A DNA stretch of 64,000 nt from an uncultured Bdellovibrionales bacterium (GCA_964384235.1 CAYLJX010000001.1:241709-305708), one strand, 5' to 3'; positions 18,344 through 27,828 are shown, counted from the stretch's first letter. The notes: generated by a model from the letters alone, not told the origin. Numbers and translations: made by a program.

Positions 18344-19471
18344 TTAATTCAGATATTTCGAGAAATGCTTGCCCATCCCGAGAATCCCGATCATGACTCC
18401 GACGAGGGCGGTCATCGCCGTGAAGACCCAGGCGCGCATGACGATCTTGGGCTCCGGCCAACCTTTGGCCTCGAAGTGATGATGCAAGGGTGCTGCGAGG
18501 AAGAGTTTGCGTTTGAAGAATTTCTTGCTCATGAGCTGTAGCGCCACGCTCCCCGATTCGAGAACGTAGATAAACACGATGATAAACAATACCAGTGCGG
18601 AATCGGTCAGCATGGCTACCACGCCGAGCGTCGTTCCCAGGGAAATGGCACCGGTATCACCCATGAAGAAGCGCGCCGGATAGATATTGAACCAGAGGAA
18701 CGCGAGGAGCGCGCCGGAAATGGCGGCACAGAACGCCGCAAGGTCCACCCTGTTCTGAAGGAACGCGATAAGCGCGAATGATGCGAACGCGATGAGAAGT
18801 ACCCCGCCGTTCAACCCGTCGAGACCATCCGTCTCGTTAGAGGAAATGGCCGTGAAGAGGATGACAAAGAGAAAGAGCGGGATATACCACCACCCGATGG
18901 AAAAATCACCGACCGCCGGCACGTGGATCTTGTCCCAACCGAGCTTTTCATAGAACCACCAGGCACCGCCTCCCGCGATGGCAAAGAGCCACCAGAAACG
19001 GTAGGCGAACCGCATCCCGCCGCCCTTGTTGCTCCCATAGCCGCGCACGCTCATGTAGTCGTCAAGAAGCCCCAGGATACCAGCTGAAACGAGGAAAAAA
19101 AGCGGCAGCCAGACCTGGGAACGTCGCAGGAAATCCAGACGGGCGATGAAGTTGGTATCGGTCCAGGTCGCGATGATCGGAAAAAGATAGTGGGAGAGAT
19201 AGACGAGGATGAGTACCGATACCCAGACCAGGAACCCTCCCATAGTCGGCGTCCCGGACTTGCAGGCATGGAGCTTGCTCACATACGTGAGCTTCTCGCC
19301 GTTGACGTCGTTCTTCTTGATCTTGATGCCGATCTTTTTCTGATAGAGAAGATGCGTCCACAGAGGAGTCAAAAAGAATGCCAATAAAAAAGCCAGGAGC
19401 CCGGTCGTGAGCACCTTCATGACATTGATGACTTCGGGAATGTTTTGGACCTGAGCTATCTGAAACTCCAT
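18344..19471 (-). CDS. mraY: Phospho-N-acetylmuramoyl-pentapeptide transferase MraY
   Basis: 375 aa polytopic protein. CKSGTPTMGG motif and Asp-rich loops typical of MraY. Confidence 0.9.
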   Translation of the reverse strand: MEFQIAQVQNIPEVINVMKVLTTGLLAFLLAFFLTPLWTHLLYQKKIGIKIKKNDVNGEKLTYVSKLHACKSGTPTMGGFLVWVSVLILVYLSHYLFPIIATWTDTNFIARLDFLRRSQVWLPLFFLVSAGILGLLDDYMSVRGYGSNKGGGMRFAYRFWWLFAIAGGGAWWFYEKLGWDKIHVPAVGDFSIGWWYIPLFLFVILFTAISSNETDGLDGLNGGVLLIAFASFALIAFLQNRVDLAAFCAAISGALLAFLWFNIYPARFFMGDTGAISLGTTLGVVAMLTDSALVLFIIVFIYVLESGSVALQLMSKKFFKRKLFLAAPLHHHFEAKGWPEPKIVMRAWVFTAMTALVGVMIGILGMGKHFSKYLN

Positions 19472-19472
19472 A

Positions 19473-20498
19473 TCATTTCCAAGAAAAGGTCTGGAAACTC
19501 CAATTGAACATCGATCGCACGCTCTCCCACCGGTATTGATCGTCGAGCACCACGGCGACTACCTTGTGCTCCCGGGAAGGATCGGCGGCAACAGCCAAGA
19601 GCGACCGTCCCGCGAGCGGGGTGAACCCGGTCTTCGTCCCGATCAGGTTCGGCATCTGTCCCAAGAGCTCATCCGTATTGAAAATCTCGTGGCTGTAGCG
19701 ACCGTCTATCGAATAGATGTTCTGCTTCTCCATCCGCATCATATCCCAAAGAGTATCGTGCTTCAAGGCTTCGGCGGTGATTCGCGCGATATCGCGGGCG
19801 GACGAATAGCACTCATGCTCGCGACCGTCCGGCTCGAGACCGGAGGGTGTACAGAAGTGCGAATTCTCCAGACCGAGCTCCTTGGCGCGGTCGTTCATGA
19901 TCCTGGCGAAGCCCTCCTGCGTCCTCCCGAGGTGCTTGCCGAGAGCGATCGCCGCGTCATTGGCGCTGTTCATGAGCGCCGCCTTGAGGAGGTCGCGGAC
20001 CGTGAGACGTTCCCCGACCTTGAGGCGTTCGCCGTTGCAGAATCCGGAACGCGGACAGCCGACACGTGTCCCCTCGGCATAGACCGCCTCCTCATCAATG
20101 GTGACGGCCTCATCGAGGTTCCCGATCTGCTCCATGACGATAGTCGCCGTGAAGATCTTGGTGAGTGAAGCGATCTGGCGCCGGTCGTCGGCGTTGTGTC
20201 CATACAGGAGACGCCCCGAATCCGTATCCAGGATGGCCGAGGCATGGGCAGTCGGAACAGCAAAACCGGAAGTCGGATATTTCGGTACCGGCTGGAACGC
20301 TGTCGCCATCTCGCGGCTTTCCGCCACGAACGGCAGGAGTTTTTCCTCCTTCGGTCCATCAAAGCGCCTGGTTTCATCGCTCTCACCCGAAAGCAATGAA
20401 AAAATACCGGCACCGCGCGCTTTCAGTGCGCCGCCGTTCTCCATGACGAACCATCCGAGAACACCAAGGACGATAGTGATACCGAGAAATACTCTCAT
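19473..20498 (-). CDS. dacA: D-alanyl-D-alanine carboxypeptidase (S11 peptidase, PBP5/6-like)
   Basis: Active-site SxxK (ASLTKIF), SxN (SANDAA) and KTG motifs. N-terminal signal/TM segment. Confidence 0.8.
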   Translation of the reverse strand: MRVFLGITIVLGVLGWFVMENGGALKARGAGIFSLLSGESDETRRFDGPKEEKLLPFVAESREMATAFQPVPKYPTSGFAVPTAHASAILDTDSGRLLYGHNADDRRQIASLTKIFTATIVMEQIGNLDEAVTIDEEAVYAEGTRVGCPRSGFCNGERLKVGERLTVRDLLKAALMNSANDAAIALGKHLGRTQEGFARIMNDRAKELGLENSHFCTPSGLEPDGREHECYSSARDIARITAEALKHDTLWDMMRMEKQNIYSIDGRYSHEIFNTDELLGQMPNLIGTKTGFTPLAGRSLLAVAADPSREHKVVAVVLDDQYRWESVRSMFNWSFQTFSWK

Positions 20499-20499
20499 A

Positions 20500-21132
20500 T
20501 CATTCTTTTTCCGTTTCCTTTATCTCTTGCACGCTGTCGACACTTTTTCCTGTCTCCGGATGAGATTCACCGGAAACCTCCTCCACTCCCTCCAGGATGA
20601 CCTTGAGCCGTTCATCCTGGGAAAGCGTCTCATACTCAGGCAGGTCTTTCGTTCCGGAAAGTCCGAGCACCTGGAGCAGACGAAAGGACGGCTGATAGAC
20701 ATACCCGCGGGCATCATGAGGATTCCCCTGACGCTCGATGAGGTCACGGAGGAGGAGGTTTCGGAGCGTGAAGCTGCAGTTCACGCCACGGATTGCCTCG
20801 ATCTCGGAGCGGGTGATGGGCGCACGATAGGCGATGATGGCGAGCACTTCGAGACCGGCTTTGCTCAAGTTTTCCGAAAGCGTCGACTTGGTGAGATCCT
20901 CGACCGCCGCAGCATTCTCCGGCTTGGTCGCGAGCATCACCTGATCGCCCTTCTCCATGAGCATGAGTCCCCGTTCCTCGTCGGCGGCATATTTCTCCTT
21001 GAGCGCACCGACCGCCTCGCGCAGCTCGCTCTCAGGGATGCGAAGCGTCTTCATGAGACGCGTGAACGAGAGCGCTTCGCCGCTCACGAAGAGAAGCGCT
21101 TCCAAGGATGAGAGAAGGTGTTTTTTTTCCAT
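20500..21132 (-). CDS. scpB: Segregation and condensation protein B
   Basis: 210 aa tandem winged-helix protein (LEALLFVSGEAL..., SRSEIEAIRGVN). Confidence 0.8.
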   Translation of the reverse strand: MEKKHLLSSLEALLFVSGEALSFTRLMKTLRIPESELREAVGALKEKYAADEERGLMLMEKGDQVMLATKPENAAAVEDLTKSTLSENLSKAGLEVLAIIAYRAPITRSEIEAIRGVNCSFTLRNLLLRDLIERQGNPHDARGYVYQPSFRLLQVLGLSGTKDLPEYETLSQDERLKVILEGVEEVSGESHPETGKSVDSVQEIKETEKE

Positions 21133-21143
21133 AGGGGGAGATT

Positions 21144-21899
21144 TCAGACGTTCGCTTTTTCAGGACGCTTGAGGATGATGTCTGCGAAAAAATGCTTCTG
21201 TTCGACGAAGATGAACCGCTGCTTGACGAGCTCCAGGACCGCGAGGAACGAAACGATGATGTCTACGGTGTTCTCGGCGCCCTTGGTAAGTTCCGAAAAG
21301 GACGTCTCGATCCGATCGGCGAGCGTGCCCTGAAGCGTCAGGATCTTTTCTTCCAGGGTGATGACACGTTCCAGTTCCTTTTCCGGCAGTTCCTCAAACA
21401 CCGGTATCTCGCCGAGCACATCGAGGAAGTGTCCCTTGAGGGACTCTGCCGTCAGATCCTTGGGCGGATAGAAGACGACCTGCGTCCCGAGAAAACTCTC
21501 CCGGGCGAAAGCACCCCGCGAACGAAGCATCTCAATCCCCATCTTCTGCGCCGCCTCCCGGAAATACTTGTACAGTTTGAGTCTGGTCTCGAGATCATCC
21601 ATCGCCTCTTCCTCGTCGTCGCTGAATTCCAGGACCGGCAGAAGTGCGCGTGATTTGATCAGGATGAGGCGCGCCGCGATGGAGAGAAACGAGGCGAGAC
21701 TCTCCAGGGAGATGGACCGTTCCTCCTCGATGTACTTGAGATACTGGTCGGCCACCTGCGCCAGACTCACCTGGGTGATATCGAGCTTTTCCTTTTCGAT
21801 AAGCGAAAGCAGAAGGTCGAGCGGCCCTTCGAACTGATCAAGACGGAAATGGTAAGGCATAGCAAAAAAAGACACCGGATGTCTTTTGTAGTGTACCAT
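21144..21899 (-). CDS. scpA: Segregation and condensation protein A
   Basis: FEGPLDLLLSLIEKEKLDITQVSLAQVADQY, the ScpA/kleisin N-terminal signature. Immediately upstream of scpB. Confidence 0.8.
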   Translation of the reverse strand: MVHYKRHPVSFFAMPYHFRLDQFEGPLDLLLSLIEKEKLDITQVSLAQVADQYLKYIEEERSISLESLASFLSIAARLILIKSRALLPVLEFSDDEEEAMDDLETRLKLYKYFREAAQKMGIEMLRSRGAFARESFLGTQVVFYPPKDLTAESLKGHFLDVLGEIPVFEELPEKELERVITLEEKILTLQGTLADRIETSFSELTKGAENTVDIIVSFLAVLELVKQRFIFVEQKHFFADIILKRPEKANV

Positions 21900-21907
21900 T
21901 TTTCTTG

Positions 21908-23092
21908 TTACGAAGCCAATTCCCGTTCACTCTCCGTGTCCTCGAGGGCGAAAGCAGAAAGGAGAGAAAAGGAGAGCATGAGCGCCACGATGAAGAAAAG
22001 CCCCTGGACCGGCAGGAAGACAAGGAAAACGGCCGATACCAGAGCACCGACGATATTTGCCACCGGGCGGGCGGTCCGGAAGAAGGCGATGACATCCATG
22101 TCGTTCCCGTCGATCTGCTTGTAGAAATACGAGTCGCGCAGGATCTCGATGCCGGCGATACCGACACGCGTGAGAAAGAGCGCCCCGCCCCACACGAAGA
22201 GACTGGTCGAATCCAAGAATCCGAGCACAGCCGTCGCCCCCAGGACGATACAGAGACTCCCGATGATGAGCTCCTTTTCTCCGAAGCGTTTGTCCGCCAA
22301 GACACCGAGCGGGTACTGCAGGAACACGAACGGCAGAAGCATGATGGTGAAGATGATACCGATGTCGTGCCACGCGAAATCCAGGGATCGCAGGTAGATC
22401 GGCATGTAGACGATCATGATGGCATAGAAGAACTCCATGCCGAAGGAGACATGGTAGATCCGAAGGAGATTTTTCTCCCGGAGCATCTTGGTCAGGGTCT
22501 CGCGCAGACGAAGCCGCTCCTGGAACACGGCGTTGTCCCGCCGGAACCCCAAGAGCGTGATGAGAAACACGACGATGTACCCCAGCACAAGGAAAAAGAA
22601 TATCCCCGAGTACCCGTACCGCTCCAGCGCCACCGTCGAGAGGAACGGTGAGAGCAGGAGTCCGGCATTCATGATGGTGAGGTAGAGACCGCGGATACGT
22701 CCGGAAAGTTGGTCTTTGGAAAAGCTCTCCAAGAGGATGTCGAGCGCCACCCAGGTTGTGTTGGAGACGATGATGAAAACGAGCATGACCACGATGCCTG
22801 TCCATGCGACGGAGAGATGAGACAGGAGCGTGCTCGCCATGATAAGAAGCGCGAGGCAGAAGAGTAGGATCCGGACCTTGCCCACGCTCCGGATGAGCGG
22901 CTGGAGGAAGAAGAGCGTCATGAGGACGCCGCCGTAAGCGATGAGATAGAACACCCCGACGTTCTCGCTCCCGGACGCTTCCGCGAAATACGTCGAGAGA
23001 ACGTAGATGAGAAAGGCGTCCAAGAAACCAAAAAGAGACGATACCAGGCTTACCAATCGTACCTTGTTCTTGTTGAAATTCTCGGAATGCAT
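21908..23092 (-). CDS. MFS transporter
   Basis: 394 aa with 12 predicted TM helices and MFS-like loop motifs. Confidence 0.75.
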   Translation of the reverse strand: MHSENFNKNKVRLVSLVSSLFGFLDAFLIYVLSTYFAEASGSENVGVFYLIAYGGVLMTLFFLQPLIRSVGKVRILLFCLALLIMASTLLSHLSVAWTGIVVMLVFIIVSNTTWVALDILLESFSKDQLSGRIRGLYLTIMNAGLLLSPFLSTVALERYGYSGIFFFLVLGYIVVFLITLLGFRRDNAVFQERLRLRETLTKMLREKNLLRIYHVSFGMEFFYAIMIVYMPIYLRSLDFAWHDIGIIFTIMLLPFVFLQYPLGVLADKRFGEKELIIGSLCIVLGATAVLGFLDSTSLFVWGGALFLTRVGIAGIEILRDSYFYKQIDGNDMDVIAFFRTARPVANIVGALVSAVFLVFLPVQGLFFIVALMLSFSLLSAFALEDTESERELAS

Positions 23093-23134
23093 TTTTGTTT
23101 TTCTAAAAAGCTAAGAAGCTAACGAAGCTACAAG
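23093..23134 (-). repeat. Tandem TAGCTTn repeats in the MFS-gene leader
   Basis: Minus strand reads caaatagcttgtagcttcgttagcttcttagctttttag directly before the MFS ATG. Confidence 0.45.
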
Positions 23135-23575
23135 CTATTTGAGGCATCCAGCCTTGTATCCTCGCTTCTCGGCGTCTTCTTTGGCTGCGAAACACACTCT
23201 GTTCTCCGGTTTGATCCGCTTGGCGCAGGAACTGCTCGGGAGGTGGTACTTGTCGGAATTACGACTGCCGACGAACGCGCACTGTCCCTGCTTCGAAGCC
23301 GTCTCCGTGCCCGACTTCACGACTCCGGAAGAAAGATCTCTTGTCGGATTTTCTGATCCCTGACCCCTCACACCTGACCCCTGTTCAGGAGCGCTCGGGA
23401 TCTCGATCAGGAGCGGCTTGGTTTCCGTTCCCTTTCCTTGGATGAATCCCCCGCCGAATGACAAAGCACCTACCGCCAGAAGGCCAAAAAACAGGAATAT
23501 CCTGTCTTTTCTCTCGGACAGCCACTGTTTCACCCGAAACAGCCTTTCTTTCATTCTTTCGTACAGGTCTTTCAT
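23135..23575 (-). CDS. Membrane-anchored protein with C-terminal Ada-like Zn-binding domain
   Basis: N-terminal TM helix (IFLFFGLLAVGALSF). C-terminus CAFVGSRNSDKYHLPSSSCAKRIKPENRVCFAAKEDAEKRGYKAGC matches the Ada_Zn_binding pattern (YH.psC...eN..fF...eeA...Gy..C). Confidence 0.5.
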   Translation of the reverse strand: MKDLYERMKERLFRVKQWLSERKDRIFLFFGLLAVGALSFGGGFIQGKGTETKPLLIEIPSAPEQGSGVRGQGSENPTRDLSSGVVKSGTETASKQGQCAFVGSRNSDKYHLPSSSCAKRIKPENRVCFAAKEDAEKRGYKAGCLK

Positions 23576-23591
23576 ACCGGAGAGAAGCGGA

Positions 23592-23619
23592 ATTGACAGA
23601 GTGGCGGAATATGCTATAC
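23592..23619 (+). promoter_or_regulatory. Candidate sigma70 promoter of rpmA (TTGACA-16-TATACT)
   Basis: Plus strand reads attgacagagtggcggaatatgctatact, about 40 nt upstream of the ATG. Confidence 0.5.
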
Positions 23620-23657
23620 TTTTCCAGTATACAGAAGTTCAATAAGGTGTAAATACT

Positions 23658-23939
23658 ATGGCAACCAGAAAAGCAGGCGGTTCTACCAGTCTCGGCCGTG
23701 ATTCGATTTCCAAGCGTCTCGGAGTCAAGATCTACGGCAACCAGCTCGCGGAAAGCGGCAATATCCTCGTCCGTCAGCGCGGGACCAAGTTCCACGCGGG
23801 CAAGAACGTGAGCCGTGGCGAAGACGACACCCTTTTCGCGCTCATTTCCGGAGTCGTCGAGTTCCAGACCCGCAAGGTCAAGGACTTCACTGGCAAGCTC
23901 GTCTCCCGCACCTTCGTGAACGTCCTTCCGAAGAAGTAG
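23658..23939 (+). CDS. rpmA: 50S ribosomal protein L27
   Basis: [29 protein letters not shown]...[14 protein letters not shown] matches L27. Confidence 0.95.
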   Translation: MATRKAGGSTSLGRDSISKRLGVKIYGNQLAESGNILVRQRGTKFHAGKNVSRGEDDTLFALISGVVEFQTRKVKDFTGKLVSRTFVNVLPKK

Positions 23940-23943
23940 AGAT

Positions 23944-24037
23944 CAGTATTGTGTATTTTGTATCAGGTATCTTGTCAAAAAACCGGCCTCAGCCGGTTTT
24001 TTGTTTCTGCAATACGTAATACTTGATACAAGATACA
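23944..24037. repeat. Palindromic NNGTATC-heptamer element flanking the rpmA/pyrG convergent terminator
   Basis: Left arm tattgtgtattttgtatcaggtatcttgtc. Right arm aatacgtaatacttgatacaagatacatcatg, close to the reverse complement of the left arm. The terminator hairpin sits between the arms. Confidence 0.6.
23975..24005. terminator. Bidirectional intrinsic terminator (rpmA + / pyrG -)
   Basis: aaaaaa-accggc-ctca-gccggt-tttttg. Confidence 0.65.
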
Positions 24038-25687
24038 TCATGCCTTTCTCCCACAGGCTTTGAGGAAAGCGACGAAGAGTGGGTGCGGTCTCAAGAGGGA
24101 AGACTGGAACTCCGGATGGAACTGAGTCGCGAGAAAGAAGGGGTGTTTCCCTCGCGGGAGCTCGGCTACCTCCATGAGGATGCCGCTCGGTGACACGGCC
24201 GAGAAGGTAAGTCCCGCTTCCTCGAGCATCTTCACATATTCCGGATTGACCTCGTAGCGATGACGGTGACGCTCCAAGACGGACGACTTGCCATAGGCTT
24301 CCGCCGCGAGAGTGTCCGGCCGGATGAGCGCCTCGTAGTGACCGAGCCGCATGGTGGCACCGTAGTTCTTTTTCCGCAGGTTCTCTTTCTGCTCCGGCAT
24401 GATGTCGATGACCGGATGACCGGTCTTTTTGTCGACTTCAGTGGTATGGGCGCCACGCAGTCCCAGGACATGTCGCGCATATTCGATCACCATGAGCTGC
24501 ATGCCGTAGCAGAGTCCGAAATACGGGATCCCGTTCTCCCGACAGAAACGGATCGCCGAAATCTTTCCCTCGATGCCACGACTGCCGAAACCCCCAGGAA
24601 TCAGCACGCCGTCGAATTTTTTCAACTCTTCCAGTTTCTTCGGGTCTTCCTCGTACTCCGTGCTGTCGATCCAGGTGAGTACGGGCTTGCGTCCCACTTC
24701 GCAGGCGGCATGTTTGAGCGCCTCGATGACGCTGATGTAGGCGTCGGAGAGAACGAAATCCCCGGTCTTGAAATATTTGCCGACGACCCCGATACGGACC
24801 TCATGCTTGGCGTTATGAATACGCCGGACGCGTTTCTCCCATTCGCCGAGATCATGCTTCTTGGCCTTGAGATTGAGCTTTTTGAGAATGATGCGTCCGA
24901 GATCGTCTTTCTCGAAATTGACCGGCACGTCGTAGATACTCTCGACATCCGGCGCGCTCACGACGTCTTCTGTCCGCACGTTGCAGAAGACAGCGATCTT
25001 TTCCTTGCGCTTCTCATCGAGCGGTCGGTCGGCCCGGGCGATGACGATGTCGGGTTGGATACCGGTACCATTGAGCGTCCGGACCGCATGTTGGGTCGGC
25101 TTGGTCTTCATCTCACCCACCTTGGACGGCGTCGGCACATAGCTTACGATGGCGGTGATGACGTTGTCGGGTTCCTCGATCTTCATCATTCGGACCGCCT
25201 CGAGAAAGAGAATGTTTTCGTACTCCCCGACCGTCCCGCCGATCTCGATGATGGCGATATCAGCCTTGGCCTGCTCGGCGGCTTTTCGGATGCGACCGAT
25301 GACCTCCATCGGGATATGCGGCACCACCTGGACGCATTTTCCCTGGTATTCGAGGTTGCGTTCCTTTTCGATCACGGTCTTGTAGACGAGACCGGTCGTC
25401 ATGTAGTTGTCACGGGTGAGCTCGACTCCGAGGAAGCGCTCGTAGTTTCCCATGTCCTGGTCCGTCTCATAGCCATCCTTGAGGACGAAAACCTCACCGT
25501 GCTCCGTCGGATTCATCGTACCGGCATCGACGTTGATGTAAGGGTCGATCTTGAGAGCCGTAACGTTGAGCCCCTTGGACTGGAGGATTTTGCCGATGGA
25601 GGAGACCGCGATACCCTTGCCGACGCCGCTCATCACCCCTCCGACGACAAATATATATTTGGTTTTTCCTGATTTTTTTTTGGCCAT
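24038..25687 (-). CDS. pyrG: CTP synthase
   Basis: 549 aa. N-terminal synthetase domain (YIFVVGGVMSGVGKGIAVSSIG) and C-terminal glutamine amidotransferase domain (GLCYGMQL). Confidence 0.95.
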   Translation of the reverse strand: MAKKKSGKTKYIFVVGGVMSGVGKGIAVSSIGKILQSKGLNVTALKIDPYINVDAGTMNPTEHGEVFVLKDGYETDQDMGNYERFLGVELTRDNYMTTGLVYKTVIEKERNLEYQGKCVQVVPHIPMEVIGRIRKAAEQAKADIAIIEIGGTVGEYENILFLEAVRMMKIEEPDNVITAIVSYVPTPSKVGEMKTKPTQHAVRTLNGTGIQPDIVIARADRPLDEKRKEKIAVFCNVRTEDVVSAPDVESIYDVPVNFEKDDLGRIILKKLNLKAKKHDLGEWEKRVRRIHNAKHEVRIGVVGKYFKTGDFVLSDAYISVIEALKHAACEVGRKPVLTWIDSTEYEEDPKKLEELKKFDGVLIPGGFGSRGIEGKISAIRFCRENGIPYFGLCYGMQLMVIEYARHVLGLRGAHTTEVDKKTGHPVIDIMPEQKENLRKKNYGATMRLGHYEALIRPDTLAAEAYGKSSVLERHRHRYEVNPEYVKMLEEAGLTFSAVSPSGILMEVAELPRGKHPFFLATQFHPEFQSSLLRPHPLFVAFLKACGRKA

Positions 25688-25697
25688 ATTTTTACAT

Positions 25698-25740
25698 TTA
25701 AAGCGAAAGAGCCGCTGCTTCGGTAAAGAAGAGACGGCTC
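25698..25740 (-). terminator. Intrinsic terminator after rplI
   Basis: Minus strand hairpin gagccg ... cggctc followed by tttcgcttt. Confidence 0.4.
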
Positions 25741-25769
25741 CTTGTGAAGATACCTGGATGGATCTGAGA

Positions 25770-26210
25770 CTATTCGGCCTCGATCGTGACTTCGAACTTG
25801 GCTTTGATATCGTTTCCGAAATGAGCTTCCACCGCGAACGTCCCGACTTCCTTGAGCGGTTTTTCCAGGGCGATGTGCCTGGCTTCGATCTCTGTTCCTG
25901 TCGCGCTCACAGCGGCCGCGATCTCGTCGGCACCGACGGAACCGAAGAGCTTGCCTTTCTCAGCCTTGGTCTTGATCGTGATCGTCTTGCCATTGATAGC
26001 CTCGGCCTTGGCTTTCGATTCCGCTGTCGCTTGGGCGGCATCTGTCTTTTTCTTGGCGATAATCTTCTCGGCCTGCTTGATCGCGCCCGGCGTCGCGAGC
26101 TCTACCAATCCCTCGGGCAGCAGAAAATTGAATCCGTATCCGCTTCGGACTTCTTTCACTTCGCCGGCCTTGCCGAGCTTGGGAATATCTTGCAAAAGGA
26201 TGACTTTCAT
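25770..26210 (-). CDS. rplI: 50S ribosomal protein L9
   Basis: MKVILLQDIPKLGKAGEVKEVRSGYGFNFLLP matches the L9 N-terminal domain. Start at an internal Met of ORF 25770..26300. Confidence 0.85.
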   Translation of the reverse strand: MKVILLQDIPKLGKAGEVKEVRSGYGFNFLLPEGLVELATPGAIKQAEKIIAKKKTDAAQATAESKAKAEAINGKTITIKTKAEKGKLFGSVGADEIAAAVSATGTEIEARHIALEKPLKEVGTFAVEAHFGNDIKAKFEVTIEAE

Positions 26211-26416
26211 ACGGGAACCACTGTGACTTTTTACTCGTTTCAGGATACCGCATCCCGGCCATTCTGGCAAGCCCGCGCGGCGACTATGTTCCGGAACCAC
26301 GGGGCTTTACAAAATCCGAAAATCGTGTTTAATTGAATCGATGTCCCTTAACAAACGGCCGATAGTAACCGGAGCTAAGGGTGTATCACGCTTTGTTCAC
26401 TTAAAAATTCGGAGCT

Positions 26417-26908
26417 TTGCACAATATGAACACAACCACCTTTAACATAAGAATGGCGGCCCATAATGCCGGCCAGTCCGTTGGGTCCTTTATCGAAGGA
26501 CTGAACATCACCTCTATCGGCGAGGCAACACAAGCTGTCAAGAACGCCCCGTCCCAACTCAAAGCGAACGATTCCCCGATGCTCGCCATGATGGTGCTCC
26601 GTAAGTGGCTGCTCACGGTCATCAAGGACAACCAGTACGGCCTTGACGCATCCCTGATTCGACAGCTCGACGGAAAACCGACGGAGGATATCGTCATCGT
26701 CCTCACCCTGCATGCCAGACGCACAAGGAAGGGATCGGCTGAACAGCTGGTATGGGAAATCCACCATTTCATCTGCTCGCACGGTCTGAAGCAGTCGTTC
26801 GGTGACGCGATCCATGCCATTACCGGCCAACTTGATGCGATCGATGCCAGACCGGAATCGACCAAACAAAAGAAGACTGGACGGCACTTCGGTCAACAGC
26901 ATCTCTAG
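26417..26908 (+). CDS. Hypothetical protein (~160 aa)
   Basis: Followed by a strong intrinsic terminator. The overlapping minus-strand ORF has Arg/Gly/His-rich composition typical of a spurious antisense frame. No family recognised. Confidence 0.4.
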   Translation: MHNMNTTTFNIRMAAHNAGQSVGSFIEGLNITSIGEATQAVKNAPSQLKANDSPMLAMMVLRKWLLTVIKDNQYGLDASLIRQLDGKPTEDIVIVLTLHARRTRKGSAEQLVWEIHHFICSHGLKQSFGDAIHAITGQLDAIDARPESTKQKKTGRHFGQQHL

Positions 26909-26933
26909 CCTTCCCCATCGTGGGAAGCGAAAA

Positions 26934-26971
26934 GCCCTGGTCACGTGCTACGTGCCAGGGCGTTCTTTTTT
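26934..26971. terminator. Bidirectional intrinsic terminator
   Basis: gccctgg-tcacgtgctacgtg-ccagggc followed by gttctttttt. Confidence 0.55.
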
Positions 26972-26985
26972 CTTAACGAAGGAGT

Positions 26986-27732
26986 TCAGGTCGGCAGGAT
27001 CGTATCCTCGATCACTTCCGCCATCGTCGTGACGAAATTGACACCTTGCGACAGCATGCCTTTCCCGATCACGATACAGCCACCAGCCTGATCGACTGTA
27101 CTCGAGAGAACATGGCCGTTCCGGCTTCTGACGTGTTCGCAGTATCGCCGGGTAGCCGTGCCGGTCACGAGATACTGGAACCCTTCCCGGTTGAATGACT
27201 TCAGCTGAAGATGGCATCCTTGGAACTGGAACAGCGCAGCGTCACAGATGACTCCTCCGAGTCCTATCCGTCGGACGAAATCCAGCGTTTCCTGGAGTTT
27301 CCCCGTCGGAAAGAGCCTGGTACCGTCCGGTTCAAGATTGACCAAGACGGCCTTCCCCAACATCTGGAACACTTCCCAGACTTCCCGGTCACGGAAATTC
27401 ACCCGCCAGTCGACGGTAATCTGGTCACCATCGGCCAACTGGAAGCTCCCGAGTGCCCGCTCCAGCGTCGGTGCGTTCCCATTGGCACGCAGATCATAGA
27501 GCATCCGTCCATGGGAATAGCGGATGCCCTCGATGAGGGGTCCGATGGATTGGTCGGATCCGCCGTTCTTGAGACGGACCTTCCTGACACCGTACTTAAA
27601 AGCTGTGTGTATGAGACGCTGCCGTTCCTCAAAGCTCTGACCGTCGCTCATATCGATACTGAGACACATCTTTTCCGCGACCGCTTCGTGAAAGAATTCT
27701 TGTTGGGAGAACATACCGACGACATCTGCCAT
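26986..27732 (-). CDS. Hypothetical protein (~249 aa)
   Basis: Start MADVVGMF has an AAGGAG Shine-Dalgarno 6 nt upstream. The longer ORF 26986..28200 would overlap queA. A TTGACG-17-TATAAT promoter lies upstream. Family not recognised. Confidence 0.5.
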   Translation of the reverse strand: MADVVGMFSQQEFFHEAVAEKMCLSIDMSDGQSFEERQRLIHTAFKYGVRKVRLKNGGSDQSIGPLIEGIRYSHGRMLYDLRANGNAPTLERALGSFQLADGDQITVDWRVNFRDREVWEVFQMLGKAVLVNLEPDGTRLFPTGKLQETLDFVRRIGLGGVICDAALFQFQGCHLQLKSFNREGFQYLVTGTATRRYCEHVRSRNGHVLSSTVDQAGGCIVIGKGMLSQGVNFVTTMAEVIEDTILPT

Positions 27733-27799
27733 TTTTGACTCCTTGTCTGGTTTTGCAATGAACATATGGGTGCTTCCACCCGGCTGAAAACAGGTATCC

Positions 27800-27828
27800 A
27801 TTATAGCAGAAAAAAGCCTTGACGTCAA
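27800..27828 (-). promoter_or_regulatory. Near-consensus sigma70 promoter (TTGACG-17-TATAAT) for the 26986-27732 gene
   Basis: Minus strand reads cttgacgtcaaggcttttttctgctataatgg. The -35 is part of the palindrome TTGACGTCAA. Confidence 0.55.

Noticed and set aside
26375-26944. 189-aa minus-strand ORF overlapping the 26417-26908 plus-strand ORF
   Set aside because: R/G/H-rich composition. The plus-strand ORF is followed by a proper terminator. Kept the plus-strand call, though confidence is low either way.
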